IMG/VR virus record: IMGVR_UViG_3300002141_000152
Location: 1-64,000 of that record
DNA length: 64,000 nt
Reading direction: 5' to 3' (one strand)
Source: a virus
Under the pieces are notes generated by a model that had not been told where the DNA came from, did not search any database, and worked only from the letters and a program-made list of their open reading frames with translations. A program made the translations under genes and the position numbers. Position 1 is the first letter of the stretch. Each line of letters begins with the position of its first letter. Positions 58,101 to 64,000 of the stretch are shown here, piece after piece.

Positions 58101-59807
58101 ATGAGTGGATTTTTAGACACACCAAGAGGGCGATCTAGTGGTAAATTAGCTGGACTAAGTAAATTCGGTACAAAATACGAAGACTTACTTCTTAAAAACT
58201 CGCAAGCAATTGGTTTCATTGAGAGCCAAATTGCATCTCGATCAACTCGACTAGGTCCTGGTGATGATTTACTTAAATTCTCAATGGCAATTGCCGATAC
58301 TACTTCACAGCTTCGATCAAAGGCAATTGCCTTCTTTCAGTTGGATTACGTAGTAAAACGTGAACGTCTTCGTGATGTTGCATCAAATGGTGAAATAGAA
58401 TTTATCCTTGAAACAATCGTAGATGATATGATTGTAAACGATGATGAAAATCGTTTTTGTTATGCGACTGACTTAACTGGAAAAATCATGTATCGTGGAT
58501 CTACTAAAGAGGAACGACTTAATTTCCAAGAGAAAGTAGTAAAGAGACACGTTGATAATTTCGACAAGATGTATAATGCTTGGGGATTTAGTGGCGGTAT
58601 TTCTGCATGGCAGTATGCATTCCAATTCCTAGTAGAAGGTCACCTGTGTTTTGAAATCATATATAACGATTTACAGAAACCAACTGAAATTATTGGTTTT
58701 AAAGAACTTGACCCTGCAAGTATTGCACCACAGTTACAAAAAGATGCAAAAGGCAAGCTTTTCTTACAGTGGTTACAATATGACCAATCAAATGGAGGAA
58801 CTAGAGTATTAAATGACTCGCAAGTCATCTATATTTCATATGCAAATCACTTTAGAACAAAACGTGTTTCATTTGTTGAACGGCTGATTCGGTCGTTTAA
58901 CTTACTTCGGGTTATTGAACATAGTAAAGTTATTTGGCACGTAATGAATGCGCCAATTCGTTTGACTACAACTGTTCCAGTAGGTTCTAAGAGTTTACAA
59001 AAGAGTCAAGAAGACGTTCGTGAATTTATGAACTTATTAAAAGAAGATATAGGATTTAATGGAGATACTGGTGAATTAACAGTTGATGGTAAACCAAATA
59101 TTTTATTTTATAAGAATTATGTTCTACCTCAAAATGATCAAAATCAATCTGTAAAAATAGAACCGCTACAGATGCCTGGACCAAACTTGTCTGGTTCTGA
59201 ATTACTAAATTACTTCTATAAGAAATTAAAAATGGATTCGAAAATCCCATATTCTCGTTGGGAAGGTCAAAGTGGCATGGGAGCATTTACGCTTAATTCC
59301 GAAGGTATTAGTCGTGAGGAAATTCGTTACCAAAAATTTATTAAACGATTACGTTCTGCATTCTCAGAATTGATGATTAAACCGTGGTACTTACAAATGT
59401 GTTTAGATTTTCCCGAATTAGCTGATGACCATAAATTCGTAAATGCAATCGGTATTACTTATCATAATGATAATGTATTTGAAGAAATTAAAGAAAATGA
59501 AATTGAAGCGAAACGTATAGCATCGTTTACTGCTAAGAAAGGAATCACTAAAGATGACGGAACACCATTCTTCTCAACTGAGTACTTGATTCGTAAAGAA
59601 CTTAAAATGACTGAATCTGAAATTGAAGCAAATCAACAGTGGTTTGATTCAAAAGAGGAAGATGAACCAGATGCAGTTGCTGGTCCAGCAGGCGGTGGAG
59701 CAGCAGGCGGTGGAGGAGCAGCAGGCGGAGCAGCCGCAAGTGCTCCAGCAGAAGGTGGTTCTGAAACGATTGAAGGTGGAGAAACAAAAGGCACAGGTCA
59801 ACTCTAA
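58101..59807 (+). CDS. Portal protein (T4 gp20-like)
   Basis: EI...L..IVDD.IV, ELDP, N.LR.IE...VIW...AP, YF.KKL....KIP.SR, I.REE.RY.KFI.RLR..F. Confidence 0.92.
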   Translation: MSGFLDTPRGRSSGKLAGLSKFGTKYEDLLLKNSQAIGFIESQIASRSTRLGPGDDLLKFSMAIADTTSQLRSKAIAFFQLDYVVKRERLRDVASNGEIEFILETIVDDMIVNDDENRFCYATDLTGKIMYRGSTKEERLNFQEKVVKRHVDNFDKMYNAWGFSGGISAWQYAFQFLVEGHLCFEIIYNDLQKPTEIIGFKELDPASIAPQLQKDAKGKLFLQWLQYDQSNGGTRVLNDSQVIYISYANHFRTKRVSFVERLIRSFNLLRVIEHSKVIWHVMNAPIRLTTTVPVGSKSLQKSQEDVREFMNLLKEDIGFNGDTGELTVDGKPNILFYKNYVLPQNDQNQSVKIEPLQMPGPNLSGSELLNYFYKKLKMDSKIPYSRWEGQSGMGAFTLNSEGISREEIRYQKFIKRLRSAFSELMIKPWYLQMCLDFPELADDHKFVNAIGITYHNDNVFEEIKENEIEAKRIASFTAKKGITKDDGTPFFSTEYLIRKELKMTESEIEANQQWFDSKEEDEPDAVAGPAGGGAAGGGGAAGGAAASAPAEGGSETIEGGETKGTGQL

Positions 59808-59838
59808 ATAACCGATTTACTTACTCTTATTAAACAGC

Positions 59839-59864
59839 AAAATCCCCAATTGGGGATTTTTTTT
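59839..59864. terminator. Intrinsic terminator between convergent portal and gp25-like genes
   Basis: aaaatcccca-at-tggggatttttttt. Confidence 0.8.
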
Positions 59865-59866
59865 GT

Positions 59867-60244
59867 TTAATCGTAGAAGATTGAGAGTGGATTTTTAAGC
59901 TCCGGTACATCTATAAGTAGGACAAATATTTCACGGCCGGCTCGATCATCTGAATAGGATGCTGGACGAACTCCAATATTTCTTTTTCTAGCTTCGCCAA
60001 CATACTTGTTAATTTGTCCGCCTGCTTCTTTAGTAAGAGCAAACGGATCAATTGTAAATTCAAATAGGTACTTTTCGACATCGAGTCCAAAATCAGGTTC
60101 TCCAAGAACTTCTCCTTTTTTAGTGAATAGAGTCATCTTAATCTGCTGTAGAGCAGACTCAAGGTCCTCGTGCACTTCGAGTTGTTCTGGTCGATATGCT
60201 GGGTCAGTTTCAGGTCTAAGATAAAAATCTCTAAGTTGCGACAT
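59867..60244 (-). CDS. Baseplate wedge protein (T4 gp25-like)
   Basis: QIKM.LFT.KGE....PDFG....YLFE. Confidence 0.85.
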   Translation of the reverse strand: MSQLRDFYLRPETDPAYRPEQLEVHEDLESALQQIKMTLFTKKGEVLGEPDFGLDVEKYLFEFTIDPFALTKEAGGQINKYVGEARKRNIGVRPASYSDDRAGREIFVLLIDVPELKNPLSIFYD

Positions 60245-60246
60245 AG

Positions 60247-61242
60247 TTAATATATTTTCAAAGAATATTTAAGTCCTTTTTTAAGAACTGCTTCTTTTTT
60301 ATTATTTATTTGAGTGTCCTTTTTTACAGTGTATGTTGACTTTACTTCAATTACTCTATTTTCAGAAATAATGTAGATATCTGGATAATATCTGTGAGTC
60401 TTTCCATTTACATCATACAATATACTTCCAATCTGCTCGGATATTTCAACGTTCCCGACAACTATATCTTCTTCTTTATATTCGTTTAACAAAAGTTCAT
60501 CTATACCTTTCCACTCGTAACCTTGAACATGAACTATCTTACCTGATGGAAAAATGTAAGGTTTACGTTTATACATTCTACTTTCAAATACTTTTTCATT
60601 TTGCATTGGATGAGGTACTCCATATTTTTCTATAGATGAAGATATTGCAGCATCCTTAAATTTTTTGGTTTTACAGAATGAATTTACTCCATATTTTTCA
60701 ATACATGTCTTTCTTCTTTTTTCATTTATCTTTTCTTTATTTTTAGAAAGTGATGCACGCACTGCATCAATTAAATTAACCGATTGTGTATTCCATTTAA
60801 CTCCTCTTCTTTCCAAGTTAGTCGCTTGAACTTTTTCTCTCCATTCTGGCGTTTGTGATATATTTTTTACTCCATGCTTCTTCATTACTCCATCCTCAGT
60901 CTTAATCAAATTATGCTTTTTCTTACACTCAATACTTGAACACGTAGTTATGTAGTGTCCTTGTAATTTAGGATTAATATGTGAACTTACGATTCTAGCG
61001 TTCCGTTCCTTAACTGATCTAGGTTTTCCACAATATCCACATGTTAAAACATAATCTATTTGATTTATATAATGATATAACCGCTGATTTGTCGTAATTT
61101 CAGAATAATATTCATCTAAAAATGAAGTTGCTTCCAATAATTCATCCAACATTCCGTCTTTATTTTTCTTCAGCATTAATATTGCAGAAGTAGGTCTACT
61201 TGGATTAAATTGGGTTTTTAAATATTGCGATAGATGTGACAT
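60247..61242 (-). mobile_element. Homing-endonuclease-like protein (PD-(D/E)XK)
   Basis: C..CG, KHGVKN/KYGV repeats, QGYE, YYPDIY......IEVKS; inserted between neck and gp25-like genes. Confidence 0.75.
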
Positions 61243-61300
61243 ATATTTGTCTTTTAATTATATATCTCAATACACTGTTAGAAAATACACCAGAGTGTAA

Positions 61301-62035
61301 TTATTGATGAACTAACAGCATCCAATCGGGAGTGTTTTCTCCCTTCATCATTGCTTTAACCTCTTCCATCTCCTTTTCAGCAGTAGTTGTGATATTCTGA
61401 TAATTTACAGTAACGTCTCCAGGCAAAGTATAATTGAATGTTTGTAACATATGCGCAAGTCTTACTTTTGAGTGAGCACGAACATATCTTTGAAACACCT
61501 CATCCTCATATAATTTATCTGGTTCAAGTTTTTTATAAACTCGAAGAACTGCATTAGCCGGTGGAGTTCTACCTAAAACTCCAAGCATTTTAGTGTTCTT
61601 ATTATAATCATATGCAATAGAGTCAATCATAAAACTTTTAGTAAGATCTAAGAATGAGAAAAGAACAGTACGATATACTAAACTTTCTCCAACAAATGGA
61701 GTCAAGTAGATTTCAGATCCAATAAATTTTTGTTCACCAAAATCTCGATCAATTGTTCCAAACATTGAAACTCCGCGTGCTTCTTTAAAATCAACTACAA
61801 ATTGTACACAGTCTGGTAACTGAATCTGTCTAAACTTTTTGAATGTTGCATTTTTAAACAGCTCAAGAGGTAATAATAAGTATCTGCTCTCTACTGCATG
61901 TCTCCAATTATCCCAAAAATATCGACAGTCATTTTCGATGATACGCTTAATCTCTTTTTCTGGAAGAGAATATGGTAATGCACCAGAGAAGGTGATTTCA
62001 TTATTAATATCTTCTATAAGTTCTTTTTCGCTCAT
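61301..62035 (-). CDS. Neck/head-tail adaptor protein (T4 gp13-like; probable start 62035)
   Basis: LP..V..V, Y.YN..T..L, LY.D..F.RY..A......F...LPG.V.VN pattern. Confidence 0.7.
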   Translation of the reverse strand: MSEKELIEDINNEITFSGALPYSLPEKEIKRIIENDCRYFWDNWRHAVESRYLLLPLELFKNATFKKFRQIQLPDCVQFVVDFKEARGVSMFGTIDRDFGEQKFIGSEIYLTPFVGESLVYRTVLFSFLDLTKSFMIDSIAYDYNKNTKMLGVLGRTPPANAVLRVYKKLEPDKLYEDEVFQRYVRAHSKVRLAHMLQTFNYTLPGDVTVNYQNITTTAEKEMEEVKAMMKGENTPDWMLLVHQ

Positions 62036-62042
62036 CGTTAGT

Positions 62043-62489
62043 TTATTGATTTGATCCCGGCCCGCCACCTGAGCCATCGTCACTGAATCTAACACTAGAT
62101 TTATCAACATCGACTGTAAAGCCTTTGTCTCCTAGCATTCTACCCATTGCCCGCTGGTTCTTTTTTGCAATAACTGCATCCTGTTTACCTGCACGTTCCA
62201 TTGATTTATGCATCATCTGGCCAAGTGCTTTTTGTTTTAATTTCTTTTTCCAGTCACTATGAAAAATAAGATTCATAGCTCTGGTAATATCGATATCCTC
62301 AATGGTTCCAGTATATCTACCAGGATTTCGAGCAGCTTTTTCATTTGCAAGTTCCTGTGCGATTGCCATTACTGAAGTATAGACTCCAGCTAGAGCGCTT
62401 TGTACCATGCCAGTAAAGTTAGTCGGGTAAACGACTTCTTTTGTTGCCTCATTAATGAATTCCTGGTATGATTTTAATCTATTTTCCAT
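62043..62489 (-). CDS. Probable internal head protein with capsid-targeting-like sequence
   Basis: LKSYQEFINE closely matches the T4 IPII/IPIII targeting sequence MKTYQEFIAE. Confidence 0.65.
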   Translation of the reverse strand: MENRLKSYQEFINEATKEVVYPTNFTGMVQSALAGVYTSVMAIAQELANEKAARNPGRYTGTIEDIDITRAMNLIFHSDWKKKLKQKALGQMMHKSMERAGKQDAVIAKKNQRAMGRMLGDKGFTVDVDKSSVRFSDDGSGGGPGSNQ

Positions 62490-62821
62490 TATGCTGTAGT
62501 GACAGGCGCAGCAGCTTTTGCAGCTTCTGCTTTTTGTTGTTCTTCTTGCTGTTTGGTAGAAGCGGCAGCATCATATGCAGTCTGTAACTTATTAAGTTCA
62601 TCCTGTTTCATAACTGTCTGCTTTTGTAAAGTCAATAATTCATTCTTCTTTAGTTGAAGAGCATCATATTGAGTTCTTAGTGCTGGATCATTTGGAATAG
62701 GGTCAGTTGCACCTTCTTCTTGGACCATTTGTGGATTTGCGCCAATCTTTAATTCAGGAGCAGCCTCTTTTTCTGCGGTTTTCATGAACTTCTTAAAACT
62801 TGAAACATATGATGCTGCCAT
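62489..62821 (-). CDS. Small coiled-coil protein, possible internal head protein
   Basis: VSSFKKFMK N-terminus; late motif at 62836-62846. Confidence 0.6.
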   Translation of the reverse strand: MAASYVSSFKKFMKTAEKEAAPELKIGANPQMVQEEGATDPIPNDPALRTQYDALQLKKNELLTLQKQTVMKQDELNKLQTAYDAAASTKQQEEQQKAEAAKAAAPVTTA

Positions 62822-62842
62822 TTAATTGTATATTTTTATTAT

Positions 62843-63124
62843 TTATTTTGAAAAATGCTTTGCCGCTTTTCTAAAATCATGGTACGATAATACATTCTTC
62901 TTCTTAATCTTCTTTGGGTTTAATCCGAAGGCGCTGGTTAATCTTCCGCCGCTTAGGAAAGGTGAATTATTCCAGTGTGCTGGAATAGATCCAGATGATC
63001 CTGCATAAAACATCATTGCGCTTGCACGATCGGTAGCTGGGCTCATAATAATATCTGCTGGATCTCGTTCCATTGAATCAGTTCCCATTACTTCAACTAT
63101 ATAGTTTGCAAAGCCACTAACCAT
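62843..63124 (-). CDS. Small hypothetical protein
   Basis: ORF track; GFANYIVE and VLSYHDF motifs. Confidence 0.6.
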   Translation of the reverse strand: MVSGFANYIVEVMGTDSMERDPADIIMSPATDRASAMMFYAGSSGSIPAHWNNSPFLSGGRLTSAFGLNPKKIKKKNVLSYHDFRKAAKHFSK

Positions 63125-63125
63125 C

Positions 63126-63578
63126 TTATCCTGGAAAATTTAGAGAATCTTGTGATTGATCTAATGAAAAAGGTTGTACTGGAGTAGGAGGAGCAACCTG
63201 TGCATCTTGCGGAGCAACTGCTGCTGAAAATGTTAAATCATGATCATCCGGTTGATTCATATTAGACATTGCGTGATCTCCAAACATACTTTGATTCTTT
63301 TCAATATATAATTCAAGTCCCATTGCTACCAATGGATCATTCTCTTTACATTTGTTGATGAAATCGCCAACAGTCATTGTCATTGGATCAACTGGAGCAG
63401 ATGCTTGACCTTCTGCTGGAAGTGCAAGCTGTTGTGCTGGATAATCGATTGGCATTTCTGGAGTTTCTGGAGCTGCTGGTTGAAGTCCTAGTTCTGTCGT
63501 TGCATCTGGATTGATTGCTGCAGGCGGTGCTGCTTGTTCAAGAAGTCGTCTAATGCTTTTAAAATTTTTCATTCTCAT
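63126..63578 (-). CDS. Pro/Ala/Gln-rich hypothetical protein
   Basis: ORF track; first gene of a late operon. Confidence 0.6.
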   Translation of the reverse strand: MRMKNFKSIRRLLEQAAPPAAINPDATTELGLQPAAPETPEMPIDYPAQQLALPAEGQASAPVDPMTMTVGDFINKCKENDPLVAMGLELYIEKNQSMFGDHAMSNMNQPDDHDLTFSAAVAPQDAQVAPPTPVQPFSLDQSQDSLNFPG

Positions 63579-63658
63579 GTTATATTATTTTAATAAGATG
63601 TGATCTTTAGTTTATTTATTTAGAAACCAAACGATATTTCGTAATATAAAAGTAATGT

Positions 63659-63904
63659 ATGACAAAAATAAATGATGAACTAATAGTTAAGTCACAGGCA
63701 ATTCGTAAAGAATTAGAAACAGCGATTTTATTGAAGTTGGGACAAATTAAAGAAAAGATCCTAATACATAGTTATAAAACAATTGGCGAAGAGATTCAAA
63801 CTCTTTCGATAGTTCACGATGATTTAGATGATGTTCTATTAAATTGGGAGATTAGTAGTATAAGTATCTTTCCAACACAATTAGCTGATATTGACGAAGA
63901 CTAG
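63659..63904 (+). CDS. Small hypothetical protein
   Basis: ORF track; AAAC-N17-TATAAA at 63624-63650. Confidence 0.55.
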   Translation: MTKINDELIVKSQAIRKELETAILLKLGQIKEKILIHSYKTIGEEIQTLSIVHDDLDDVLLNWEISSISIFPTQLADIDED

Positions 63905-64000
63905 CCCTTGCATATCATGCAATTGCTTGTGTGGTATACTGCGTATGCGGTGGGATTCTGAGCCAATTGTATAAATTCAAATTAGTTTTTAACTAATTTC

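Noticed and set aside
59680-59760. GC-rich GGA/GCA repeat at the end of the portal gene
   Set aside because: Simply encodes a Gly/Ala low-complexity tail
1384-63008. Many short (60-126 aa) alternative-frame or antisense ORFs in the track (e.g. 1384, 3643, 7504, 16878, 34912, 39907, 52427, 56121)
   Set aside because: They lie within longer genes with recognisable motifs and have no motifs or expression signals of their own
1-64000. Stop-codon reassignment, as seen in some large Bacteroidota phages
   Set aside because: Conserved genes are full length in the standard code and TAG ends genes at sensible positions (e.g. 30700, 50769)
1-64000. tRNA, rRNA or CRISPR arrays
   Set aside because: None recognised by eye; intergenic gaps are short and explained by promoters and terminators. 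A tRNAscan/Infernal run would be needed to exclude them formally.
63905-64000. Short inverted repeats at the window end (ttgcat..atgcaa; aaattagtt-ttt-aactaattt) as possible structured RNA
   Set aside because: Truncated by the window edge, short and partly AT-rich; not enough evidence

Overview
This 64 kb window is part of a large, AT-rich T4-like (myovirus) phage genome read in the standard genetic code. Shine-Dalgarno motifs are largely absent and the 5' leaders are A-rich, which suggests a Bacteroidota host (inference). It holds head genes (major capsid, protease-scaffold fusion, portal, gp2/gp4/gp13-like), tail tube and baseplate genes, and a collagen-repeat fibre gene that the ORF track missed. 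It also holds replication and repair genes (type II topoisomerase, C-terminal half of a family B polymerase, primase, UvsW/UvsY, DinG-like helicase, Fpg/Nei) and four homing-endonuclease-like genes. Main highlights: (1) the topoisomerase small-subunit gene is broken into two ORFs joined by a naturally split intein at an HGD|S site, with a free-standing endonuclease in between; (2) a 14 kb, 19-gene glycan island (NeuB, NeuA, two Maf-like proteins, about 7 glycosyltransferases, two 211-aa mini aminotransferases, two acyltransferases, a HAD phosphatase) lies between the head and baseplate genes; (3) a thymidylate-synthase-fold enzyme has Asp at the specificity position, pointing to modified cytosine; (4) a kinase/HAD/ligase-nucleotidyltransferase/phosphoesterase cluster resembles an RNA repair system; (5) two recurring promoter motifs and a family of small proteins with T4 capsid-targeting-like motifs can be read directly from the sequence. 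All product calls come from motif recognition by eye; no searches were run.
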